A stretch of 64,000 nt of DNA from Tricharina praecox (Eukaryota): positions 434,001 to 498,000 of the forward strand of contig NW_026250424.1 of assembly GCF_024521635.1 (NCBI RefSeq), written 5' to 3'. Position numbers and translations under genes: made by a program. Shown here one piece after another: positions 40,848 through 50,760 of this stretch (position 1 is the first letter of the stretch; the number at the start of each line of letters is the position of its first letter). The notes under the pieces were generated by a model. That model did not search any database. It saw only the letters and a program-made list of their open reading frames with translations, and was not told the origin of the DNA.

Positions 40848-41417
40848 TGTTGTGTTGGTGATGTTGGTGAGGAGCTTTTCGTCTTCGTGGGGAGGATCCG
40901 GGGAGGACGTGTATAGTATACCTAGTGAAAGGGGCGACGCGAGAAAAGGCTTGGGTGCGTGTGCCGTGTCTCGGACTGTTACTGGCGTAGTCTCGATCTA
41001 TGGAATGGTTCAACTAACGTCGATATCGTCAAATTTGTGGGGCAGTTCTTAAGAATAATTTTGAAGCTCTATATCATGATGTCGCAGCTTGAACTCTATT
41101 CCATTGGGGACAGGGATATAAACCCGCAGAGTATATAAATGAGGCTTCATGAAATCTCATTCGTTCGTCGATTCCGCAGAAACTTCTTCCTTGGTATTTT
41201 GTGTTTGTACATTGAAAATGCCAACCAACTCGCCCAAATGCACCTGTGCCGGGCTTTTGTATTGAGACTGTCCCCCAGGACCCAACCTATGAGCTTCGCC
41301 TCAGTCATTGATCTCTTGCGCTTCGCCGCTTTCACAGTGTTGTGGGGACAGTGACCACCCGACTTTACTAGTACTTTGTCGTGGGTTCGGAACTGCTATC
41401 TCAAATCGCATCTTCGG

Positions 41418-42398
41418 TCAAAAGCCGTGGACTTTGTCGAGATGGATATTGATATCCTTCTCGGCTATGCGCGCAGGACACACTGGACATTCCACCAAAA
41501 CCTCCGGCGGAGGCGACGGGTCCTTTGCCTTTGCCTTTGGCCGCTTATGATTCGATTTTTTACTTTCGCTCTCGCTGTCCGCCGGTAGTGCCCTCTTGCC
41601 GCTATGCCCACTGCCACTCTTCGCCGACCCCTCTTTCCTGACCCACTGATCGATCTTATTCTTCTGGACTGGCCCTGCCTTCGCGGGCTTGACCTTCGGC
41701 GGCGGCTCCGAGATCTTGACCCACATCCCGCCAGTACACCTGTTCCTATGCTCCTCAAACCAAGTATCACTCGGTCCAGGCGGTCTATTCATCGCTCTCC
41801 TAACGACGCCCCAAAACGGCGGCAGCTCCCTACAACTCCCAGTGCACTGCCACACATGTGTCTGATAGCTCTCGACCTCGTCATGGAAAGTGTGCGTAGA
41901 CGAGATGTCATACCCGCCATGTTCGTTGATCGCAAACGCCATACGCTGGAAGCCCGCTCCGTGACCCGTCGGATCGTCGCCGCGCACGTGACGTCCGCCC
42001 GCGATGAACAGGTATGCGTGGATCATCTCGTGCAGCAGTGTGTTCAGCGTGTCGCTGCGCGGGCGGAATTTGAGGAGTGGCTCGGAGAGGCGCACGGCGC
42101 ATTGCCGCGGGTCGTGCGGAAGCTTGGTGCTCTTGTCGATGAGGAGGGAACACGTGCCTGCGCAGGAGGTCATGCGGGTGGACCAGGCGAAGGTGGTGGT
42201 TGCTTGCAGGAGCGAGCGGAAGTAGAGGGTGGAATAGGCGGTGAAGAGGGTGGTTAGGTCCTCGACGAAGGGGACTTCGGAATCGAGCTGGGTTGCGATT
42301 GTGGCTATTGCTTCGAGCTGGGCGGGGGGTAGGCTAGTGTGCGAGAATGTGGCGATGGCGATGGTTGCGGCTTCGTCGTCTGAGAATGTTCGTGGCAT
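41418..42398 (-). CDS. SprT-domain metalloprotease, Spartan (SPRTN)-like, with C-terminal UBZ zinc finger
   Basis: WSTRMTSCAGTC, LSEPLLKFRPRSDTLNTLLHEMIHAYLF, GHGAGF, HTFHDEV, HVWQCTGSC..PPFWGVVRRAMNRPPGPSDTWF..H...CTGG, CPVC...INIHLD. Confidence 0.9.
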   Translation of the reverse strand: MPRTFSDDEAATIAIATFSHTSLPPAQLEAIATIATQLDSEVPFVEDLTTLFTAYSTLYFRSLLQATTTFAWSTRMTSCAGTCSLLIDKSTKLPHDPRQCAVRLSEPLLKFRPRSDTLNTLLHEMIHAYLFIAGGRHVRGDDPTGHGAGFQRMAFAINEHGGYDISSTHTFHDEVESYQTHVWQCTGSCRELPPFWGVVRRAMNRPPGPSDTWFEEHRNRCTGGMWVKISEPPPKVKPAKAGPVQKNKIDQWVRKEGSAKSGSGHSGKRALPADSESESKKSNHKRPKAKAKDPSPPPEVLVECPVCPARIAEKDINIHLDKVHGF

Positions 42399-42760
42399 TT
42401 TTGTGGTGACGAGTGGAGATGATCGACAGGTTCCATTTGGGCTGCTTCATATGTAGACTGGACGCGGCCGCACGTGGATCAAGATTCCTCGTGTCGCTTA
42501 GGTTAACCAGCCCGGCCTCTATTAGTCGGTGGAATTCACGTCCATCATTCCAAATTCCCTTGGTGCTGGCTTTGCTCCAAAGCAACACCCACCACTACTA
42601 GGCACCTCCTCTTCCTAAGAACATCATCACCACTACATTCACGCCTTCACCAATTCAACCAAATATACGACTTTCATCCGAGCACGCAATTCGTTCCTGC
42701 GACGCGCCCTGCGCTCGACCCGATACTTTACGCGACAAACACGTCCGCTGAGCACGCACC

Positions 42761-45481
42761 ATGGCGGTCATTACCACACCCCAACGCGCTCCCACCATCC
42801 CAACCGACAAGACCACACTGCGCAAGAGCATCAGCAAAGCGCCACGCACCAAGACGCCTCGCGTACCACTCACGAGCGCCGAGCTCGCCGAAAAAGCGCG
42901 CGAGAAAGCGAGCGCCGATGAGGAGCTCCTCCGCGAGCGCGAAGCCTGCGCTAGCCGTCTGAGGGAATCGTGGGAATTGATATTTGAAAAGTATGGGAAG
43001 GATTTTGACGGGTGCGCGGACGAGATTGATCTTGACACGGGAGAGCTCTTGGTGGATAATGGGTACATCCGAGGCATGGTCAGTGAGAGTGAGGACGATG
43101 ACGAGGAGAAGTTCCGGTGGGGAGAGCTACTGGCCGGGGATCTGTTGGCGGAGGGGCTGCAGCCGAAAGAGAACAATCAGAAGAAGCTCGCGAAGAGGAA
43201 GCGCGGTAAGAGCGAGGAGACTAGATCGAAGAAGAGTGTCAAACTGAGCGGGGATGGCTGTGAGGAGTGTCGGCTAGGACCCATTGCGGGCTGCTTGAGA
43301 TGTCCGCCGCTGTCGTTCAGCGCCATAAACGACTACTCGCCGAGCAAGCCAACTTGGTCGCCCGAAGAACAGCAGCCCTCGTTCCCTCCGATCCCATCGC
43401 CTTCTCCAAAGAAGCCAGCAGTAATTAAAGCTCGTGCGCCTCCTCCGAAGAAGCCAGCATCCATTCCAGCTCGTCCGCCTCCACGGAGTCGAGTGTTGGC
43501 CCCAACTCCGTCGCCTCCGAAGAAGTCAGTGTCGGAGCTGGTTTCGTTACCTTCTCCGGAAAAGCAAGCATCAGTCCCGGTTCCATTGCAGTCCCCAGAG
43601 AAGCCCGTATCGGTCCCGGTTGCGGTGTCTCCAAGGGAGCTGAGGTCGGCATCAGTCCCATCGCCTCCCTCAGCAAAGAAAATACCAACCCAATCTCCAC
43701 CACCCCCGAGGAAACAGACGCCAACCCTGGCTGCGCCGCCTCCGAGTACGAAGATCTCGGGCTCTGTCGCGTCAATCCCAACGGAGCTGGGATTTCTATT
43801 CTTTCCATCGCCTTCCCAAAGGAAGCAAGTATCATTTTCACCTCCCTCGCCCCCGAGGGAACAGATGCCGGCCTCCACTGCGCCGTCTCCGAGCAAGCAA
43901 ATCTTGATTCCCGTTACCACTTCCCCAAAGGTGTTGAGATTGGGCCAACCGCCGTCAGCTTCCCCGAAGAAACTACTGTCAATTCGAGCTCCGTCACTTT
44001 CTCCAGTGAAACCACTTTCAGTTCGAGCTCCGTCACCTTCCCCGAAGAAGCCATTGTCGGTTCGAGCTCCGTCACCTTCTCCAAAGAAAGACATATCGTC
44101 TACGAATTCCTCACCTTTGAGGAAGCAGACGTCGGTTTCCATCCCGTCGTCTCCCCCCGTACCTACTGCCAGTCTACCATCACCTGTAGCAGTATCCATC
44201 ACCAAGCCGGTATTGCCTTCGTCGCCTGTCTCGTTACCAAGCATCACCAATCTTATGCCCCCTCCGCCGACCCCATCACGACCGTTAGCTACGCCACAAA
44301 GGCTACCAAACTGGGCTACTAGCTCTCCAGCGAACCCCACCCCTTCAGGGTTGGTCAATATGAGGCGGAAGTCTATGGTCGTAACTATCCAGGACGATGA
44401 GATGGACGAGCTGTCGTCTCCAAGCGCACCGTCTCCATACCGAAGTTTCTCATCTGCATTGCGGACTTTCACGCCCAAATCTAAGCTCAGGGCACTCATC
44501 GTGGCCAGAAGGTTGTATCACACACCCAGCAAGACAAGTATGAAACGGAGCCATCCCTTCAGCTCCTTGTACGACAAGGACTCGGATGACGAGTTACAGT
44601 CATCATCCGCGCCGACGCTAACCCGTGGTTCAACACCGCTCACTTCCGAGACACTCCCAATCGCCCCATCGAGAATGGCACCCCCATCTTCTCCCATTAA
44701 CAGAAAACAGACACCAACTCTGAAAGCAAGTCGGAGTAAGAAAAAAGCTTCGAAGGAATCTTTCCAGAACAGAGGCCGAAACAGTTCTCCTCGTGCCAGC
44801 CGGGACCGACAAATCACCAATGTAGAAGTCATCATCCCCAGAAGAACAGCTGCACCGCTCAGCATCCCCAAAAGAACAGCTGCACCACCCAGCAAGACCC
44901 CGAAACCTGCCAACCCCTGGGCCGTTACCCCGGACGACCCCTTCTACAACCCCAAGTGGGACGACGAACACCCGGACGGAACACCAGCCGTATTTCCCAA
45001 GGCACCGCCTTTCACCCCATTCCTCACACCATCAATCCCGCTTGCCTCCGTTACCGCTCATCCGGCCGCTCAGAAGAAGCCCGCCGGGTTCACGACGACG
45101 CCGGCCAGACAGAACCGTACCAGTACTCCCAAATCCTCCGTCAGCACCGCAAAGAAGGCCGTCAAGAAGCAACCTCCAACGCCGGGATGGACCGCGACTC
45201 CCGCACGCAGAGGATCCGGCGTCCTCGACTACCTTGAGGAACTCGGCTCGGCGCCCGCCTTTTCGGTGGAAATCCCGCCTCGAGCTACCCCGCCGAAGTT
45301 CGGCAATGGAACTACTGCTTCTCCTTCTCTTTCCGCACGCCGCTCACCACGTAGCCGAAATGACAATCCCGACGTCCCTGAGGTTGTGGAAGCGCCGGTG
45401 GTCAAGATGGAAGAAGGAAAGTGTGGAGACGAGGGGTATACGTGCGGTAAACAGTTCTGCTTTGATTGTCTGAGTGATTGA
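42761..45481 (+). CDS. SCM3: Scm3-domain centromere protein (CENP-A chaperone-like) with a long Pro/Ser-rich region
   Basis: Scm3 motif RLRESWELIFEKYGKDFDGCADEIDLDTGELLVDNGYI; C-terminal Cys motif CGDEGYTCGKQFCFDC. Intronless, 906 aa. Confidence 0.8.
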   Translation: MAVITTPQRAPTIPTDKTTLRKSISKAPRTKTPRVPLTSAELAEKAREKASADEELLREREACASRLRESWELIFEKYGKDFDGCADEIDLDTGELLVDNGYIRGMVSESEDDDEEKFRWGELLAGDLLAEGLQPKENNQKKLAKRKRGKSEETRSKKSVKLSGDGCEECRLGPIAGCLRCPPLSFSAINDYSPSKPTWSPEEQQPSFPPIPSPSPKKPAVIKARAPPPKKPASIPARPPPRSRVLAPTPSPPKKSVSELVSLPSPEKQASVPVPLQSPEKPVSVPVAVSPRELRSASVPSPPSAKKIPTQSPPPPRKQTPTLAAPPPSTKISGSVASIPTELGFLFFPSPSQRKQVSFSPPSPPREQMPASTAPSPSKQILIPVTTSPKVLRLGQPPSASPKKLLSIRAPSLSPVKPLSVRAPSPSPKKPLSVRAPSPSPKKDISSTNSSPLRKQTSVSIPSSPPVPTASLPSPVAVSITKPVLPSSPVSLPSITNLMPPPPTPSRPLATPQRLPNWATSSPANPTPSGLVNMRRKSMVVTIQDDEMDELSSPSAPSPYRSFSSALRTFTPKSKLRALIVARRLYHTPSKTSMKRSHPFSSLYDKDSDDELQSSSAPTLTRGSTPLTSETLPIAPSRMAPPSSPINRKQTPTLKASRSKKKASKESFQNRGRNSSPRASRDRQITNVEVIIPRRTAAPLSIPKRTAAPPSKTPKPANPWAVTPDDPFYNPKWDDEHPDGTPAVFPKAPPFTPFLTPSIPLASVTAHPAAQKKPAGFTTTPARQNRTSTPKSSVSTAKKAVKKQPPTPGWTATPARRGSGVLDYLEELGSAPAFSVEIPPRATPPKFGNGTTASPSLSARRSPRSRNDNPDVPEVVEAPVVKMEEGKCGDEGYTCGKQFCFDCLSD

Positions 45482-47658
45482 TTGATTATGGCTTTTTGTT
45501 GTGGGTGTTTGTTTTGTGCTCTGGCTTTTTTTTTTTTTTTTGGGTTAGGGCCCGGGTGATCCTGTATGAAGTGGTGGGTTTTTGTTTGGCTTCTACTCTA
45601 CACAAATGCATGTCATACCTGCGCGGCACTTAGATTTTGATCGGTTTTTTTTTTCTTTTGAGCTCGCGTGGGAGTATGAATTGGACGTGTTGGGTCATGG
45701 TTGTGATTTGTTGGGGATAAAACTGTAGAATGAGTCGAGTGTGCTGGAGCTGAATGCTACAAATTTCCCAAAATTTCATGTCTCCTCAGTATCTACACAC
45801 ACTACCCAGTTTGTTTTGGTCAGATAACAGGATATATACACGGCATGTTGAAGAAGGAGGCGTGGAAGAACAGTAGCAGAAGCAGTATCAACAGCCAACA
45901 GGAGCACAAAGTAAGTAGTAGTATTACTATATAACTGTGAAGGTAACTTTTCAGGCACTTCAAAGCCTCAATCTTATCAATATAGTAAGTGACAGTCATC
46001 GGGATGATCCGCTTGCACTCAGAGAACACCCATTCTTATGTAGGTATCCAACACCCGACATGTGTCCTCGTCTGGATAACCTTCATAGAACATGCGTCCT
46101 TTCTGGACAACGCGGCTGGAATGAGGGAGCGAGTCCTGAAAGCTGACGTCAGTAGTTGAACGGGAGTATGCCATGCCAACTGCATTGTTTAGAACTCACC
46201 GACTGGGTACTTGTGGAAGAGGTGTGAGATTGGCCCGGTGGCCAGTGGGGGTGATGTCGAGGCTGCGGTATTTGGTGATGGAAACATGTTCGCCGCGCTG
46301 GAAATTGGCCTCACTCATGGTGATAACCATATATATGGAAGGCCCGCAGAACAGAAGATCATGAGCCGGGGTGTTGGGTGTCAGCCAGTGATGGTAGTTG
46401 TTGTATATTTGCATTGAGCGATGATGAGTGTTGTTGGAGGAAGCTAAGAGAGGGAAGTAAGAAGGAGGGAGAGAAGAATCCGAGAAACAAACGGCCTAGT
46501 GTTGAAGGTGGAAGTTCCAAGCCCTGCATAGAAGGATTGCAGGGTCGTAGGGTTCGCACCCCAATGAGGTTGATCATAATATCTGACTCGGAAGAATTTG
46601 AGCGGTGTACATACCTAGCCGATATCTTCGCGTGGAGTGAGATGGCCGTTCTTTAAGGCTACGGCCTCTACCGACATATCTAGACTAACTATGGAGAACT
46701 AAACCAGGTGAGCTTTCTACCCGGCCTGCAGAGGTTCGGAGTGGGACCCCGCTACCATCCCGCTACCACCCCGCCAGTTGCGGCACCACTGCATAACCAC
46801 CAATGAAAGAGAACTTTGTTCGCGCTGGTTCACTCCATCCCCTTGGCATCGTTGGGCCGAGACGAAGTTGAATGTTGGTCTGCGGTGTTGAGTCAAGCTT
46901 CAAGGCATGGTGGGATCAACAGCGCGGGTTGAAATCGAAAAGCAGGGTGAGTGGGTAAGGCTGAAGTGTGCGTCGTCGATCATATCTATCACGGCGGCTG
47001 GTCCAGCGCTAGGTACGTGTGATCAGGGCATGTTTTCTTGCGAGGTCGTCTGCTGAAGTATGAAGTCAGCGTGCAGGATTCGACTCTGCCGGCCGCGCAG
47101 ACGACACCTGCATAGAGTATTTCGCCCACGAAATTACCGCAAGGTAGGGCGTGATGCCTGAATGGAGAAGAACTTCGTCAGCCCCGACCATGGCCCCGGG
47201 GCACTGACATGGCCGGTAACTCCTCGGCGGCTGCAGGTCCGTGGTCCGTGGTCATCAGTCCAGTCCTGGACCCTGAAGAGTACTCTACACACGAGCAATC
47301 GCAAGAAAGCAAGGAAGTAGACAGCCCGTTCTCACTTGACAACCGCCAATGAACTACATGCATGTTTCGGCTCATCTCAGCCGCGTAAGTCCTCCAGCGC
47401 AATCAGGTGGCTGCCTGGAACCAACCCAACCCGCCACCCCCAATCGTACCACCAGACATGCGCACGCCGCATGCACTGTCCAGTGACCACCGTCCACCGT
47501 CCAGTCATGTGCATTGTGGATAATTGCACTCCATCCAATTCTCTATAATTAGCCCTCACCTAGACCCCTAGAGCACTTCCAAGTTTCCCCTCATCACTCC
47601 ACCCCCAGAGCTCGAGCTCCATCTCCATCTCCTCCATACTACACGTCTACAGACAGCC

Positions 47659-48011
47659 ATGAACACCGAGACCGAGCCCCCCATTACGAGCCCGACCACC
47701 TTCGTCGCCGAGCTCGCGGACACCCAAGTCGCTGCCGAGACGGTGCAGGCACATAAGCGGCCTTCTGTACGTGCCGTTCTCCCTCCACCAGCTACGTGCG
47801 GCGGCTAATTGCGGGTACGCGGTAGAAATCGAACGTCACGAAAGTGATGGACCAGGTATGCATTGTCTACGCTTTACGATAGATAGCACGTACACACGTT
47901 GAACATGACGTTCTGTGGGAGGGACAGGACCTGGCGAATTTGAAGGATAGGAAATTGAAGGATCCCGCGGTTTTGGTTAATGTTTGTCACGCTCCTCCTC
48001 CCCGAGGCTGA
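47659..48011 (+). CDS. Small three-exon hypothetical protein (73 aa)
   Basis: Exons 47659-47766, 47826-47855 and 47928-48011. Both introns are phase 0 (GTACGT...CTAAT...TAG and GTATGC...CAG). Start context GCCATG; TATAAT at ~47545. Confidence 0.65.
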
Positions 48012-48376
48012 TGGATCAAGACTGATGATGCGACCATAGCTGCCCGACTCGCCGGCGCCGCATGTAGGTCCCCGAGATTGGAAGTTGGCGTGGACAGAAG
48101 CTGATTGTAATAGGATTTAGAGGTTGCGCAAGGGTATTTCGATGAGGAAGTACGGTGAGCGGTCGATCAGTCGGTTGGTCGGCCGGTCGGTTGGTGAATG
48201 TGGTGGGATGAGTTGTTACTGTAGATTTCGACGATGCGGCCGGACGTGCGAAAGAAGTAATGAATAACGAACGGAACAGATGAAGCAGGGCATATTCGCA
48301 GGAGCCAAAGACCAATGAAGAAAAACACATAAAACGATGTTCACCCCGTGCATTCCCTTCCCCTCATGGTGTCCGT

Positions 48377-48748
48377 CTAGTTTATCCGCTCCAAGGCCTG
48401 TCCACTCATCAGCATCTATCCATCCATCCCATCCCATCCAACCCTCCTATCCAATCTTCAGGAGCGAGGTCAAGTTACCTCCAGCATAACTACGGAATTT
48501 CCCCGAATAACCACGGTCCCAATGCGGACCTTCTCACCGCCGTCGCGCTCCTCAACCGCGTCGTCCAGAACGATATTCAGGAACACATCGTAGCCGCGAA
48601 GGACGCCGATGACTTTGCGCGAGCCGTTGAGTTGCACGAAGAGGCGCTTGTCGAGGTACTTTTCTCAGAAGCGTCTTGTTAGCTGAATGAAAGGAGGAGG
48701 CAGAGCTGGAGGACTTGCCTTCTTGAGTTCGGGTTGGGCTTGAGGCAT
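48377..48748 (-). CDS. SMX2: Small nuclear ribonucleoprotein SmG
   Basis: MPQAQPELKK|YLDKRLFVQLNGSRKVIGVLRGYDVFLNIVLDDAVE...IGTVVIRGNSVVMLE|ALERIN*. First intron is GC-AG. Confidence 0.95.
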
Positions 48749-49192
48749 TATTTCGTTGTTGAGAGGTGATTAGGTAGGATGGTGGAGGAGTCGTGTGGTG
48801 GTGAACGAGAGTGAGGTTCGTGTTGCTGGCCCGCAGCGTGAAGGGTGGATTTGGAGGCTTGGCGCGCGTGCATATCACCCTAACGTTAACTGTGTGGCCA
48901 GTGACGACGGCGGTGGAGTTTTGACAACGATAGAAATATCCGGAAAATGGCAGGAATCTATGGCCACGATTTACTGTGGCTGGACTCGAAGGTCAACACG
49001 ACTCCCCGGAGGTTTGTCAAGATAGAGAAGCACCAAATGGTTTTTTTGGAGGATGCTTGAAGGTGTACCTCTAAACGGCCCCGAAGATCGCGCCAAGCGA
49101 TTTGGTAACACACGATAGTTACCGGAGCTCTTACTTTCTCTCATTCTCACCTCACCACCACCACCCGACCCAGCACAGAAACAATACACACA

Positions 49193-50554
49193 ATGAGCTT
49201 CGCCGCCCGCCGCGCAAAGCCGCGCAAAATCGCCGTCGCAGCTTCAGACAGCGATTCATCCGACGACAGACCCAAGCGGCCGACGTCCCTCTCCGTGCGC
49301 AAGAAACTCGCCGTCAGCACCAACACGAGCACCGCTGCGGCGGCAGCGGCAGCAGCAGCGGCGGCGGCAGCCGAATCCTCCGCCGAACCCGCGCCTCTCG
49401 CGTTCCCCCGCCCCCGCAAAAAGCCCACGGTTGCCACACGCCTCTCATTCGGCGGCGACCCTACAGACGCCGATACCTCCGAGCCAGCGTTCACGCCGAA
49501 GAAGTCCGCTTTAAGCCGCAAGGCCATCGAGCGCAATGCGGCCAAACGCGCGCTAGGACTCGAGAAGCTGTCAATCTCCCCCGCGGAGCGCGTGACGTAT
49601 AGTAAAGAGTACCTGGAGGAGCTACGGAGTGCACAGAAGGTTGCTACGCCGGATCTTCCAACCACCGATGATGACGCGGTGATGGTTGATCTGGACGAGG
49701 CGCAGGCGGCCGATGTCGATATGGCTGAGGTTGGTAAGTCGAGTGTGCTTACGGTTGTGGGGGGAGGAGGAGGAGGCGGCACTGGGATTATGGATGAGGG
49801 ATTGGTACGCGTTATGAAAGCTCGCCGGAAGGAACGGGCGGCGGCAGCGAAAGCGGGGGATTTCATCTCGCTACATGATGACGCGTCGGACGAGGACGGA
49901 AGGAATGAGATTATGCTACGTCCCAAGAAGAAGAAAGAGAGTCGCTTGGCCCGTCCGGATGATTTCAATGACGACGATGAGATCGCCAATTATGTGGATG
50001 ATGAGGAGAGGGTGCTACTTACGAATAGTAAGTCGGCGAGAAGGGAGCAAGAGCGCAGGAGGAAGCAGGCGATCAGGATGACTATCGCTGAGGCCGAGGG
50101 CGCGGACGACGAGGGTGCTGAGTCGGATTTGTCGAGGGATAGCCTGGTGGAGGAGTGGGAGCGGGATCAGATCCGGAAGGGGGCGTTCTCAAACAATGAG
50201 CATGCAGCGAAGGGACTGGAGGGAGAATTGGAGGCCCTGGCGAGAAACCCGCCTACTGCTACCGCACTGCCGGATATCGAAGATGTGGTTGCGCGGCTGG
50301 TGGGCACATTGCGGGCGATGGAAATCAGGAAGGCGCAGACGGCACGACAGATTGAGGTCTTGGTGCTGGAGAAAAGGCAGATCAAAGAGAGGGAGGAGAT
50401 GGTGCAGACCAGGCTCAAGGAAGCGGCGGGCCAGTACGAGAAGCTGCGGAAGGAGACGGGCATTGGCGGCGGTGGTGCGGGCCCGGAGGGGATTGCCGAT
50501 AGGGGATTGGAAAGTTTCGGCAATACGCCGATCAGGGCAACGGAGGAAGAATAG
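49193..50554 (+). CDS. NTR2: Nineteen-complex-related protein Ntr2 (spliceosome disassembly)
   Basis: YSKEYLEELRSA...TP, KARRKERA...DFISL, KKESRLARPDD, WERDQIRKG, C-terminal coiled coil ending in RGLESFG. Confidence 0.82.
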   Translation: MSFAARRAKPRKIAVAASDSDSSDDRPKRPTSLSVRKKLAVSTNTSTAAAAAAAAAAAAAESSAEPAPLAFPRPRKKPTVATRLSFGGDPTDADTSEPAFTPKKSALSRKAIERNAAKRALGLEKLSISPAERVTYSKEYLEELRSAQKVATPDLPTTDDDAVMVDLDEAQAADVDMAEVGKSSVLTVVGGGGGGGTGIMDEGLVRVMKARRKERAAAAKAGDFISLHDDASDEDGRNEIMLRPKKKKESRLARPDDFNDDDEIANYVDDEERVLLTNSKSARREQERRRKQAIRMTIAEAEGADDEGAESDLSRDSLVEEWERDQIRKGAFSNNEHAAKGLEGELEALARNPPTATALPDIEDVVARLVGTLRAMEIRKAQTARQIEVLVLEKRQIKEREEMVQTRLKEAAGQYEKLRKETGIGGGGAGPEGIADRGLESFGNTPIRATEEE

Positions 50555-50760
50555 TTCTGAAATAATACTGTACCTATATTTACATGGACAAACGGCGTTA
50601 TGGTGTTAGTGTTGTATGAAGTATCTAGATGCCACGGATTGGAACCCTGGCTATCAATCTATGACGTGCATTGCGTGGTGTGTGCGGCTTTTCATGCTGG
50701 CGGATATCGCTAGAGTAGTTTTTTTCTCCCAAACCCACCCCACCACCCCACCACCTCACA

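Noticed and set aside
43333..44499. 388-aa antisense ORF, and similar antisense ORFs over TFB1, RFC2, RAX2, NTR2 and the 45-bp repeat
   Set aside because: Shadow ORFs caused by GC-rich codon bias on the opposite strand of real genes.
46992..47098. tRNA-like fold: GCGGCTG/CGGCCGC acceptor-type pairing, A-box-like TGGTCCAG, GCAGG-ATTCGAC-TCTGC hairpin
   Set aside because: The T-loop is out of register, there is no U8 in the proper position, and there is no convincing D or anticodon arm. Probably chance; tRNAscan-SE would settle it.
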